A stretch of DNA of 64,000 nucleotides. Origin: Octopus vulgaris. Lineage: Eukaryota. Below the pieces are notes generated by a model. The model was given only the letters and a program-made list of their open reading frames with translations. It did not search any database and was not told the DNA's origin. Positions 1 through 12,961 of this stretch are shown here, piece after piece. Each line of letters opens with the position of its first letter. Within the stretch, counting starts at the first letter, position 1. Made by a program: the position numbers and the translations under genes. The stretch covers positions 89,032,001 through 89,096,000 of the forward strand of contig OX597821.1 of the NCBI GenBank assembly GCA_951406725.2. The letters run 5' to 3'.

Positions 1-421
1 GTTCTCTTTTAGAGAGACTTAGTTATTTTAATATTTCTATTATTGAAAACAAGTGGATGTATTCCACCGAAACTAGGTAAATAAAACCATCGAACAGAGA
101 TTGTCGGAAGCGACACCTACTGGCTGGCTACGCTGCATTGAAAAGGGGCAATACCCCGAAACGCGTCTGTAGCTGCCGGTCAAGTAGTGTGGAGCGACTG
201 ACCTCCCTTGTTCGAAGGTTATATGGATACAGTTTGTGTATCAAATAGCTAACTTAAGGCGATGGCCATTTTTTAATATTTCATGGGAGCTACCATAAGC
301 GGACAGCTTTTTCTTATTTTTATAAGAATGCCATATTAGTATGGCGATAACTGGCGATTATTTTCCGGGAACGCTGCCGCTGTTCTCTTTTAGAGAGACT
401 TAGTTATTTTAATATTTCTAT

Positions 422-424
<3 letters not shown>
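1..424 (+). mobile_element. Non-coding HHR-bearing element with 381-bp period (candidate retrozyme or PLE pseudo-LTR)
   Basis: Bases 1-43 (GTTCTCTTTTAGAGAGACTTAG...CTATTAT) are repeated exactly at 382-424. Contains an HHR at 126-177 and several hairpins, and ends in (TA)n. Left end is cut by the window. Confidence 0.7.
126..177 (+). ncRNA. Type I hammerhead ribozyme, U3-A8 core variant
   Basis: GGC TAC GCTGCA | TTGAAAA | GGGG CAATA CCCC | GAAAC GC GT C | TGTAGC T GCC: 6-bp stem I with 3x1 internal loop, 4-bp stem II, palindromic stem III ACGCGT. Confidence 0.85.
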
Positions 425-519
<95 letters not shown>

Positions 520-647
520 TGTATGTATGTATATGTATATATACAGAGGCATGACAAGTAAAAAGATACCCCATAAAACATAGTTTTATTTTAGCTTGAA
601 AAGGATTATATTTTTATGTTCCACGTTCTATATGAGACTGTTTAATA

Positions 648-1625
648 ATGCCACGTACAAACGAAACCTTGGAACTGTCTAAATTTCAAAGAGGCTGTAT
701 TGTGGGTCAATCTGGATGTGGAGCTAACGTAAAATCGCAGAAAATCTTGGGATCCCGCTTACTACAGTTAATAGGGTGATTATACAGTTCACCAGAGAGA
801 GCAATGAGTTCACATCACCGTGTCTATTTCGACCAGCGTCCTCTGACAGGACCCTTTGTCTGTTAAGTGAAGTGTGGAGGATGATCCTCATTGCAAGGCC
901 TCTGGCATAGCAGAACAAGTTGATGTCAGTCCCAGAGCAGCTGTCAAGTATCTCCACAAACTTGGTTACTATGGCAGAGGAGCAAGAAGCAACCACTTCT
1001 TCAACCAACCAATATCAAGTGGAAAAGCCAATGGGCCAGTGAGATGATGGAGTGGCCGCTAGCATTTTGGGACAATACCATATTCACGGATGAGTCCAGA
1101 TTTGTTGTATTTTCTGAAAGTAGTCAAGTGTGGATCTGGAAACTCTGTGATCAAGAATTTGACATGAAAACATTGCTGCCAAGAACGAAACAAGGTAGTT
1201 ATCCTGCGATGGCCTGGGAAGCAATGGCCAATCAGAGCTGGAGGAGCGTGATGGAAACATAAACTCAGATAAATGGGTCAACTTTGCGGAAAATACTCTT
1301 TTCAATCTTCTCTAGTGGTGAAATGGTTAAGGAGACTGTTTTTTATGGAAGATGGGGCACCTTGATACGCGGCTAAAAAGATTGCTTGGAAAATAATGGC
1401 ATTAATAACCTTCTATACCCAAGCCAGTTACCAGATCTGAAACATAATGAACCTCTCTGAGGTGTGATGGACAGAACACTTCGTAAATAGAATAAGAAAG
1501 CAACATCAAAGCCAGATCTTTTGAGATTACTGCATGAAACTTGGCAAGAAATTCTTCAAGAGAATATTTGTCATCTGACCAGTAGTATGCTTTATAGCAA
1601 AGGTTCCCAACGGGAGCCATATGCA
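648..1625 (+). pseudogene. Tc1-like DDE transposase remnant
   Basis: Frameshifted translation MPRTNETLELSKFQRGCIVG...IAENLGIPLTTVNRVI; WDNTIFTDESRF; EDGAP; PSQLPDLKHNE (cf. SPDLNPIE). Several stops. Confidence 0.85.
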
Positions 1626-2663
1626 CACTCAGGGTACATTTGGAGCTCGATGGAGGTGTTTTGGAGCAAAGGGGCACTAGGGGACGTTAAAAAAATTGGG
1701 GGCTCTATAGGGGCGCTGGAAGACCCTCAACTTTTATAAGTTTAATTTGAAATTAATGAGTAGTAGTCAATATTTTCACATGTCTGTGACAGTGGGTTAA
1801 AGAAAACCATTGTGTTTCAAATTTTCAAAAACTTAAAACACTTTCTCCACTTAAGCGACACCAGGCAAATTTCTGGTATCATGCGTAATTAGTGTCGCTA
1901 AAGTGAAACCCCCAAAGAAAAACTAAAAGTAGATGAATAGTGACGGACGACTAAATGAAAAAGAGGTAATGAGTAAGAGCGAAAAGCTGAATGAGTGTGA
2001 ATGGTGGTCAAAATTTTAGCACGAACAAACTGGGGTTTGGGAGTGGCTGATAGGTATGTATTTGTGGAAGTGTATGTATGGATACGTTTATATGTATATG
2101 ATTGCGTGTGTTGCCGGTTTGAATTCCTTTCTGCGATTGAACTTAAACTGACCCTTGGTTATTAACAACCCAACCACACACATGTACACATGTGTTTTAG
2201 ATTTTGTATCCATTTGAATTGCGACCAATATGGCGTGGTAAGTCTTATGTTCTGAAATTGAAATTGTGAATTTGTTTTAATTATAAGAACACGTAAGCTA
2301 AAAACACACCTCTTGGCTTTTGGAAAGCAGAACCTTTTCTTTCTCTTTTTATATTTTTTGCCAAGTTACAATTTCTCTCTTTGGTTCAGAATTTTTTAAT
2401 TTTCCTGTTACAAGCAATGGACGGAAGTATTTTTTAAAAAATAGTTTCATAGAGCCGAACAAAATCAATTATAGATCAATTTTAAATGCTGTTTGATTTT
2501 TCTCATAAGGTATTGGAATATTGCATTATACCATTATGCCTAAAAAAAATGGATTTACAACTTCAATGCCCATACATATCTTGCATCTATTTTCTTTCCT
2601 CCACCTCACTCACTATTTTGTATCCCATCCAAATGAATTATTACTTAACCATCCTCTCACACC

Positions 2664-2715
2664 GTCTCCGATGAAGGGATATAATTAATAAATATCCTGG
2701 AAACAGCTGTAAAAC
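2664..2715 (+). ncRNA. Degenerate minimal type I hammerhead (CCGATGA core) in a PLE-like fragment
   Basis: GTCT CCGATGA AGGGATAT-loop-ATATCCTG GAAAC AGCT GT A AAAC; palindromic stem III ACAGCTGT; stem I imperfect. Confidence 0.6.
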
Positions 2716-2801
2716 CTTCTATCTATATGTGTTCTAATATCTACACAGCCTTGGTTTTTTATCTCATTACGCAAAAAATTCTCCTATATATATTTATATA
2801 T

Positions 2802-3026
2802 AATTATTACATTATATAAAAGGGCTTAGTAAAATAATTACTTTGCCGCATACTGAACTCATTAGAAATAGCTGTGAGTTGAATTAAGCAAACACTATAT
2901 ATGAGAGAGATTTTCTTTAAGTATTAGAAATAGCTTTAAAAAGGTTTTTTGGCTGCTATTTCTAATGAGTTCAGTATGCGGCAAAGTAATTTATTTTACT
3001 AAACCCTTTTATATAATGTAATAATT
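2802..3026. repeat. Inverted repeat (~70-bp arms) from a PLE-like family also present at 17.4-17.7 kb
   Basis: 2802-2872 is the reverse complement of 2955-3026; 2874-3010 matches 17548-17683. Confidence 0.8.
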
Positions 3027-4198
3027 TGAATTCGCCTTAAATGGTCCCTTTGCATACTGAACACTTGGTGAAATTGATTAATAATTAATTAATTTTACCC
3101 TCAATTGTTGAAATTATATTTATATATATATATATACATATTTATTTATTTATTTATGTAGGTATGTATGTTTGTGTTCATGCATATATATATATATATA
3201 TATGCACACATCTCCATATATACACACATGCATGTATTTATGTATGTATATTTTAGTCTATCCATGTATGTATCTATCAGTCTATTTACTCTATCAAGTA
3301 TTTTTATGCGTATTAAAGTAGAACTTAGCATCTACATTTTACGCAACTTATCTGCATTGTTTTTATACTTCCTTTCATTTATGTCAGTTCTGTCACTTAT
3401 CAACCTACCAGTAATCATCTTTTTATTTGTCTTTCCTGTTGATATTTTCCTCTCTTTGTTTCTGTATCCTTATATCTTAGTATCTCTTGCTCATTCTCAA
3501 TATCTACAGCCTAGATAATATATACGGCGAACAAAACCAAATCAACAATAACGTTCATTTCTTACCTAACCAAAAAAAAAAAAATAGATATATCTTCACA
3601 CATATAGAGAGAAAGGAACTAAGATTATCTGATATTCAGGACTAGGAAGTAGGTTACGTTCTTAGTTTCACGATTTTTTCCCTTTTTACTTCACGACGCA
3701 ACAAATTTAATAATTTGAAGATAATTGAGTCGATTAATTCGGCAGCCAACAACACTGCTTTAAAGGAAAACAGCAATAATTAGATCAACAATAATAGAGC
3801 TTATATGCTGTCGTCGGATTTCAGTGAAGCATAGGTCAAATCGAAAAATATAATGCGTTTTTAAAAGGACATATGGATGTAGTCCTATTTACATTTTTGT
3901 CTGAAATATAGAGTAGGACAAGGCTGAAGTGTCTTGGATTATAGATCTAGTCTAATATATTTGATCATGATTGATTTGAAGTTAAATATCGACAACGGCA
4001 GCTATAGTCTTATCAACGATAATAACCTACCAAAATGCAAACAGTTGTATGCAGTACAGCGACAACAGCATGAATATTGCAGCAGCTTTAATAGAACCTC
4101 AGAAACACAACTGCATTTGAAACAGAAATGTCCATAACAGCAATTAGAGCAGTTATAGCATCAATGAGGATAATTACAAATGATACACCAGCTATATA

Positions 4199-4369
4199 GG
4201 CGCAGGAGTGGCTGTGTGGTAAGTAGCTTGCTAACCAACCACATGGTTCCGGGTTCAGTCCCACTGCGTGGCATCTTGGGCAAGTATCTTCTGTTATAGC
4301 CCCGGGCCGACCAATGCCTTGTGAGTGGATTTGGTAGACAGAAACTGAAAGAAGCCTGTCGTATATATG

Positions 4370-4404
<35 letters not shown>

Positions 4405-4600
4405 CTGTGTTTGTCCCCCTAGCATTGCTTTACAACCGATGCTGGTGTGTTTACGTCACCGTCACTTAGCGGTTCTGCAAAAGAGACCGATAGAATAAGC
4501 ACTGGGCTTACAAAGAATAAGTCCCGGGGTCGATTTGTTCGACTAAAGGCGGTTCTCCAGCATGGACGCAGTCAAAATGACTGAAACAAGTAAAAGAGTA
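4199..4600 (+). mobile_element. tRNA-derived SINE family 1, full length
   Basis: A-box-like GTGGCTGTGTGGTAA, B-box-like GGGTTCAGTCCC, internal (TA)/(TG) tract, CR1-like 3' tail; several homologous copies in the window. Confidence 0.9.
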
Positions 4601-4797
4601 GAGAGTATATAGCAATGATAAAACAGCAACGGTAATGAAAATAGAAAGAAGAGATTTAACATCAAGGAGGATACCAGTAATATAACAACTACAAAATGAA
4701 TGAGAGCAGAAAACGAAACAGAAACAACTGCTAAAAGAAGAACAGAAAATACAGCGGTAATAACAGCTATAATAACAATGAGATTATACACGATAGT

Positions 4798-5183
4798 GTG
4801 GAGGCGCAATGGCCCAGTGGTTAGGGCAGCGGACTCGCGGTCATAGGATCGCGGTTTCGATTCCCAGACCGGGCGTTGTGAGTGTTTATTGAGCGAAAAA
4901 CACCTAAAGCTCCACTAGGCTCCGGCAGGGGATGGTGGTGATCCCTGCTGTACTCTTTCACCACAACTTTCTCTCACTCTTACTTCCTGTTTCTGTTGTA
5001 CCTGTATTTCAAAGGGCCGGCCTTGTCACTCTCTGTGTCACGCTGAATATCCCCGAGAACTACGTTAAGGGTACACGTGTCTGTGGAGTGCTCAGCCACT
5101 TACACGTTAATTTCACGAGCAGGCTGTTCCGTTGATTCGGATCAACCGGAACCCTCGTCGTCGTAACCGACGGAGTGCTTCCA
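4798..5183 (+). mobile_element. tRNA(Arg)-like SINE family 2, full length, 10-bp TSD
   Basis: Head GGCGCAATGGCCCAGTGGTTAGGGCAGCGGACTCGCGGTC...GGTTTCGATTCCC; TSD ACACGATAGT at 4788-4797 and 5184-5193. Confidence 0.9.
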
Positions 5184-5421
5184 ACACGATAGTAATAACA
5201 GATATGGCAACAAAAACGTCAACAATAACAACAGTAAACACAACAGAAATAAGCACTATAACGACAGCAACAACAACAATAACCACAACAAAAGGAATGG
5301 CATTAACAAGAGTAGCAGTAAACATTACAAAAGTAATAGTTACGACGGTAATCACAACAGAAATGAAAAATGTTGTAAGAAAAACAATAGCTATAACAGC
5401 AACAGAAACAACATCTATGGT

Positions 5422-5973
5422 TACGACGATGAGGGTTCCGGTTGATCCGATCAACGGAACAGCCTGCTCGTGAAATTAACGTGTAAGTGGCTGAGCACTC
5501 CACAGACACATGTACCCTTAACGAGTACCTACTTATTTACCTATCTAACTAAAGGTATGTATGTACTTATGTGTATATGTATGTTGTTGGAAGCACTCCG
5601 TCGGTTACGACGATGAGGGTTCCGGTTGATCCGAATCAACGGAACAGCCTGCTCGTGAAATTAACGTGTAAGTGGCTGAGCACTCCACAGACACGTGTAC
5701 CCTTAACGTAGTTCTCGGGGATATTCAGCGTGACACAGAGAGTGACAAGGCCGGCCCTTTGAAATACAGGTACAACAGAAACAGGAAGTAAGAGTGAGAG
5801 AAAGTTGTGGTGAAAGAGTACAGCAGGGACCACCACCATCCCCTGCCGGAGCCTCGTGGATGTTTTAGGTGTTTTCGCTCAATAAACACTCACAACGCCC
5901 GGTCTGGGAATCGAAACCGCGATCCTATGACCGCGAGTCTGCTGCCCTAACCACTGGGCCATTGCGCCTCCAC
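5422..5973 (-). mobile_element. Composite SINE family 2 insertion: full copy (5585-5973) + ~60-bp foreign flank + 3' fragment (5422-5525)
   Basis: One TSD ACATCTATGGT (5411-5421 and 5974-5984) encloses all three parts. Confidence 0.85.
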
Positions 5974-7577
5974 ACATCTATGGTCACAACAGTTACAATA
6001 ACACAATAGCTTTATCAGAAATGATAACAACAACAGCTGTAGGGAATGCAGAAACAATAGCTATAACAACAACAGCAAGAACAACAACAACACGGTCAGC
6101 ATCTTTAACACAACATCGTCGTCGTCGTCAGTAAAGGCAAAAACAAATCAAAACCTAAAGTAATCACAGTAGATGATGCAGCAATAAGCATAACAGCCAT
6201 TACAGCTACAACAGGGATAAGAACAACAATAACTGCAACACTATCAAACAACCATATAATCATCATCAACAACAAAAACAACAATAACAATAACAACAAC
6301 AACAACAGCAACAACGACGCGAACGAGAACAACCGCAACATCAAAACACACACGTTTTCAGTGTCTAAAGGAGAGGGATGTAACATTAAGCGCAAATGAA
6401 AGAAGGAAAATAAAAAAGAATAGTTTCGAAAATCTTCGTGAGGTTAGACGTGTTCTAAAAGAGACAAATGTGGAGAATGGCATGTGTGTAAATGGGCAAT
6501 AGTGCATATTGCATGCACCTTTGTGCTGCAATGCAGTGTATTTATCTGGTTTTGGCATCGCATGCAACGTAGTATATTCACACGGAAAGCCATTTTAATC
6601 AGTTTTGTATCTGTGTATGTCGTTCAGTTTGCTTATTTATGTGTATGTGAATGTATGTGCCACGTATGTACAGTGAGTGTGTGTGTGTGTGTGTGTATGT
6701 GTGTGTGTGTAATCATATATATATGTGTATATGTATTTGTGTCTCTGACTTTATTTGTATATATATATATATATATATATGACTGTGAATCTATTCGCTT
6801 ATGTACAGAAATAAACATATATGCACACACACAAATAAATATATATACGTAATACGCAGCTGCACCTCACACACACACGAATATATGTATATACAGTGAT
6901 GGAAAGAGCAAGCAAGAGAAAATGACACTCACACGTAGATATACGTTATTTACAACGAAAAAGAGGAAAGTTATTCAATACATATTGTGAAGTATAATTA
7001 TATGTGTGCGGCTTATGTAGTTTACCGTTACATTAAGTTCCATTTTATTTCGAACAAGAAGGCACGTTGTACTGTAATGAAAATGTTTCTTTATCTAAGA
7101 TAATATCGGATTCTCACACTTTCATTTACACAGACCACATAAGACACTTGCAAACTTTGGTAATTTCTATCTACGGAAGAACATTTTCCTTAAGAAGACA
7201 CATCATACTTCTTAGTGACAATATTTTGGTAGCAGAAATAATTTTTGCTTGACTTAATAACCTTGATACCTCTAGTGGCGAATGGCGTATAGATAAAAAT
7301 GTTCTTTCAGAAGAGAAATGTGGCTTATTTATTCAAAGGTGGAACTAAATGTCAGATCTGGTCTTACGTAAGGTATCACTTGCTGGATATAGGAGGTGAC
7401 TGCTAGGTTATTTGCTCATCTGGTTTGCAGTTCGAAATCCATTGTCACAAGGTTAGTTTACAAACTGAAATATATGTATTTCTTTACTATAAGACGTGGC
7501 AAGAAAATATCTTCTCGCTTCTTCGGGAGTCCATGAAGTAAATTAACATATTCATATACATATATATGCATATAAAT

Positions 7578-7925
<348 letters not shown>

Positions 7926-7962
7926 TATATAGGCGTAGGAGTAGAAGTGAATATTATATATA

Positions 7963-8340
7963 AGCGTACGAGTGGCTGTGTGGTAATTAGCTTTCTTACG
8001 AATCAAATGGTTCCGGGTTTAGTCCCATTGCGTAGAACCTTGGACAACTGTCCTCTACTATAGCCTGGGGCCGACCAAAGCCTTGTGAGTGGATTTGGTA
8101 GACGGAAACTGAAAGAAGCCCGTTGTTTATATGTATATATATATGTGTGTGTATGTTTGTTTGTCTGTCTTTGCTCCCCCTCCCTACATCGTTTGACAAC
8201 CGATGCTAGAGTGTTTACGTCCCCGTAACTTAGCGGTTCGGCAAAGAATAAGTCCTGGGATTGATTTGTTCGACTAAAGGCGGTGCTCCAGCTTGACCAC
8301 AGTCAAATGACTGAAACAACTAAAAGAATAAAAAAGAGTA
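7963..8340 (+). mobile_element. SINE family 1 copy
   Basis: Colinear with 4199-4600. Confidence 0.88.
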
Positions 8341-8614
8341 GACGAGTATATATTACAGGCGGCGTGCTGGCAGAATCCTTACCGCACCGGTCAAAATGCA
8401 GCAGACTTGCACCCACCCCATCACTTGTTGGCCGTGCCCCAAAATTTGAAATAAATGTTATAATTATATCATATGCATGTATATAACTTGTTTTAGTAAT
8501 TAGACTGTGGCCATGTCTGTGCACCATCCTGAGGCATTTTAGTTGAACAAATCTATCCCAATAGTCATTTCTTTTTGTAAAGCTTATTATCTTTTATTAT
8601 TATTATTGTTGTTA

Positions 8615-9226
8615 TTTTTCTTCTTCTTTCAAATTTGCTTCCATTTCTTGCCGAGTGTCTTCCCGACTCATAGGACAAAGAAACTCATAGTATACCTTGG
8701 TAGGCCATTAAACTAAACTCACTAGTTCGTTCATTTTTTTTTTAAATAAAGTTAAATTAAAATACATGGGTAGTAATAGTTCTCACATCGACAATTTTTT
8801 TCTCAATACGTGTGATGTACCAGTTAAGACAATCTTTTGCACTTCTTGCAGGGATGGTAAGCCAGGGATCATTCCCATATAATTTTCGGTTCCCTTCTTG
8901 ATCATTCCTAGTGCTCCTACGATCACTGGTATTGTAACCGCCTTGACTTTTGCTTTATATTTGTACAAGTTGGCTCCAAGTCTCACCCAGAGACCTCAAG
9001 AGACAACAGATTGGAAGTTCATGTTGTTGTTATGCCTAGTCTGCCATATATTTGGCTGTTTTTTGGTGTTGTACTAGTGAATGTCCAAAAAAAAAGAAAA
9101 TTATGTTTGTTTTAAACTCTGAGATTACATAGAAAGTATTTTGCGTAGGATATGAGCAGTTGCCATGAGCACTATCTTTTGAATTACTGTCATTTTGGGG
9201 TTTCCTGGTATCTGAATTAGGTAGCA
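8615..9226 (-). mobile_element. Two abutting 3' ends of R4/Dong-like retrotransposons (family A 8615-8946, family B 8946-9226)
   Basis: Family A AVTIPVIVGALGMIKKGTENY...HVLRKKLSM is near-identical to 49840-50173; family B matches 48945-49205; (ATT)n-type tracts on both sides. Confidence 0.85.
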
Positions 9227-9227
9227 A

Positions 9228-9305
<78 letters not shown>

Positions 9306-9317
9306 CATTATTATTAC

Positions 9318-9371
<54 letters not shown>

Positions 9372-9376
9372 CATCA

Positions 9377-9428
<52 letters not shown>

Positions 9429-10989
9429 TATTATTATTATTATTATTATTATTCCGAACCGCAAGCTAGCTGTGACATAACGCACCAAAGAACACAGACC
9501 CAAAGACACACACATACATATGTATGCACACACACACACACACATCCACACATGCATAGAGACGCATGCACACACGTACACAATCATTTAAAATAACACG
9601 GTCGAGAAAGCATAGGGAGATATATTTAAAATATGAAATAAAACTGGGAGATGAATGGGTAAGACATAAACGCAGGCAAGGTAGAAGAAAAAAAGAAATT
9701 TGAAGTAAAATGAATAATAAATAACATTAATACAACTATTCAAAAGCGAAAATCTCACGTTAGCGGGAGATGGTGTGGTGGAACTCTGGATGAATCAGAA
9801 GTGGATGCAAAAATACGAAGAGTACGACATAAGTTCTCGAATTCTAAAGCATTCGTTAATTCAGAATACAATAGCGTAATTTTGCCCAAATATTACGTGT
9901 GCGTGTGTATATGTGTGTGGAAACAGGTGGATAATAGCAAATGAAATCGATTAACAAATATATAAACGCCAGACCTAGAATAGAGAAAAAGAAAAGGACG
10001 GAGAAAAAACAGGAAAGCAGCAGTTACGATGAGATAAGTGTATTGAGGCCTAGAGGATAAAAAAATTACAGACTCATATATCTTTATGCAAAAATTGAAG
10101 AAGGAAATGAATATAAATTTTCAAGAAGATGAAGAAAAATGGAAGGAAAATATGGCAGAGCGACACATTTAAAATAGTTCAAACATTAGAATAAATCTTA
10201 TGCTGCGAGGCATAAAATAACGAGACTTCTCTTCCTCGCGGCATAAAATGTATTTCCCTGTTTGAAATATTTTTTGTTAGATTTGCAGACGAAAGAGACG
10301 ACGGTTTCAATGTGTACTGATTGTACACAGAGATCGGTTTAACGGTACTTTAATCAAGTGTACTGGTGTAGAAAGTGAATAAACAAAGGAGATTCATGTT
10401 GCTTTCCAATTAGAGAGATTGTACAGCTTTCTTAGAGAAAGCATCGGAGTATATTTTGCACTCCTAGATGACTATGGTTGACAAATGTAAACTACGCGAA
10501 GAAATTTTCAAATTCACCATGGAAGAAATTGATATAATTGGACATACTTCTGTCATAGGTATCCATAAAGCATTTTGCATTTTGAAGGCATTTGGTATAT
10601 AAACATTCAACTTAACACAGCAAAATACATAACAATAGGATGAGATTGAAATAGGTAAAAACAAATCAAGGTAATGCAGGGTAAGATTAAGTAGATATAT
10701 TAAGGAATAGTGGATCAACGATCTTTTAAGTCAGTGAGATACTCGCCGAGTCTGCAGTGAATATTCTAAAGTAGTATTTTGTGTGAGAACCCTTATAACT
10801 GGAAACTTGGAAACTGTATTTTCAAAGAGGATGATTCAAAATTTGAAGCCAAGATCAGGATAGAGAATACATCAATATTCCAAAGCCTTTGTCCAATTTG
10901 AAAACGAAAGGACACCAGTAAGAAGATAACCCTGCAGCTATACTTATCTATTGTTAAACCAACAGCCGTTCACACACGTGAAAGCTGGA

Positions 10990-11385
10990 AGAAGATAGCG
11001 AAAATCTCTCCATTACTGGACTTGCTCCATCGACACTGCCTATATTCAATCCTGTACGTTACTTACTGGCACAGAGTGAGAAATGATGATGTAACGAGTG
11101 ACAAAGGAAGTTTGCAGAACATAGAGACTAAGCGGCGGGTACGGTTTACTGGCCACATGTTTCAATTACTGCAGAAGTGACAAGCTGTCATTGTAATGGA
11201 GTGGAAACCGGAGGGAGGGAAATGAACGAGGATGTAAAACCGAGGATGACGAAGCGCAGTAAGTTCCAGGACGATGTGACAGCAATGTGAATCAGCACGA
11301 GTAGACATAACAGGAAAGCAAATAATCGGGATGGTTGGAGAAGACTCGTTGCTCGTTATACAGACCGCACGGGAGAGTCACATAC
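10990..11385 (+). pseudogene. Degenerate RTE-clade LINE 3' end
   Basis: KRRVRFTGHM...MEWKPEGGK...ANNRDGWRRLVA resembles the RTE C-terminus; 9600-10990 may be more decayed element. Confidence 0.6.
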
Positions 11386-11766
11386 CTACGAGCTAACATG
11401 CATATGCGTAATTATATAGAGAACACAAAGCAATATAAAGGAATACGCGTATAGGTATACACGTTTATTCTTCTATATAGTTATTGTGACACAACTATAT
11501 TCCAGACAGTAGACATTGCAGAATTAAATGTATTATAGACGAGACGTTTTCCACGGGATTTTATAGAACAAGCATAAGAAGATGTATGCTAATAAAAAAT
11601 ATATTAAATATATAAATACGGAGTAGAAATATGTTTCTGGGAATATGGTGATGTGCAAAACATTATCCGCTGGGAAAAATTGAATTTGTTTTTGACAGCT
11701 ACAAAAACCTTAAAACACATTTAGAGACGATAATTCATCAAAACTTATTGTCCAGCAAAATATTAA

Positions 11767-11790
11767 CTAATAATGATAATGATGATGATG

Positions 11791-11864
<74 letters not shown>

Positions 11865-11920
11865 CACAAGAAGAAGAAGAAGAAGAAGAAGAAGAAGAAG
11901 AAGAAGAAGAAGAAGAAGAA

Positions 11921-11973
<53 letters not shown>
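11767..11973. repeat. Compound microsatellite (AAT)n(AAG)n(GAT)n
   Basis: Direct reading. Confidence 0.95.
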
Positions 11974-11974
<1 letters not shown>

Positions 11975-12297
11975 TTTATAGACATGGGAATGGAGAGAGA
12001 AAGGTACAATGAAAGAGTGGACAGAAAATGACAAAATAAAAGAATACATATTTGTAAAGTTTGCATACTAGAGTTGCTTTCGAACGATATTCTTGTTGAG
12101 TATGTATGTATGTATATATATATGTATGTGTGTGTGCGTGTGTGTGTATGTGTGCGCGCGACTGCATGTGTGTGTGTGTGTGTGTTTGTGTGTGTGTGTA
12201 TACATATAAGTATATATGTTTCAATGCATGCATATGTATATATATGTGGGGTATTAGGTTAACATTTATATGCGTATATCTTATTAAAGTTATTTAC

Positions 12298-12331
<34 letters not shown>

Positions 12332-12552
12332 ATAAAACGGTAAGATAACAAACGGAAGAAAGAGACCTCAATATTATGTAAATAGAGGATATTTACACAC
12401 ACATATATATATATATACATATATGTACATATGAATATACAAACATATTTACATGCAGAGGCACATAAATTCTCTCATACACAAATCTATGCATACACAC
12501 ACGCATATCAATATACATATGAATATATATGTATGTATGTATATACATATTA

Positions 12553-12657
<105 letters not shown>

Positions 12658-12722
12658 GGAGTAAACACATAAATGTGAAACAGGGTGGAAAAAAAGAGTA
12701 CTCAAATACCAGTGGTAGAGTA

Positions 12723-12864
12723 ATATGCTTTATTCAAAGCAGCAGAACATTCAACAAAACCTGTTACTCTGAATTTCACGTTGCTAGCAAAAACTGTCCT
12801 ACGAACAGCAACGTGAAACTCAGAGTAACAGGTTTTGTTGAATTTTCTGCTGCTTTAAATAAAG

Positions 12865-12869
<5 letters not shown>
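12723..12869. repeat. Fold-back (~60-bp arms) with a degenerate hammerhead at 12794-12831 (+)
   Basis: 12723-12785 is the reverse complement of 12807-12869; CTGT CCTACGA ... GAAACTCAGAGT A ACAG; the module lies between (TA)n tracts. Confidence 0.7.
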
Positions 12870-12895
<26 letters not shown>

Positions 12896-12926
12896 CCATG
12901 CGCACATATACACACACAGTGAAATA

Positions 12927-12961
<35 letters not shown>

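Noticed and set aside
4800-4875. tRNA-Arg-like cloverleaf
   Set aside because: It is the SINE head (TSD, body and multiple copies), not a tRNA gene.
4932-5135. Thrice-repeated 67-aa ORF MVVIPAVLFHH... (also 5636 and 46312)
   Set aside because: Falls inside recent SINE copies; the similarity reflects copy age, not coding constraint.
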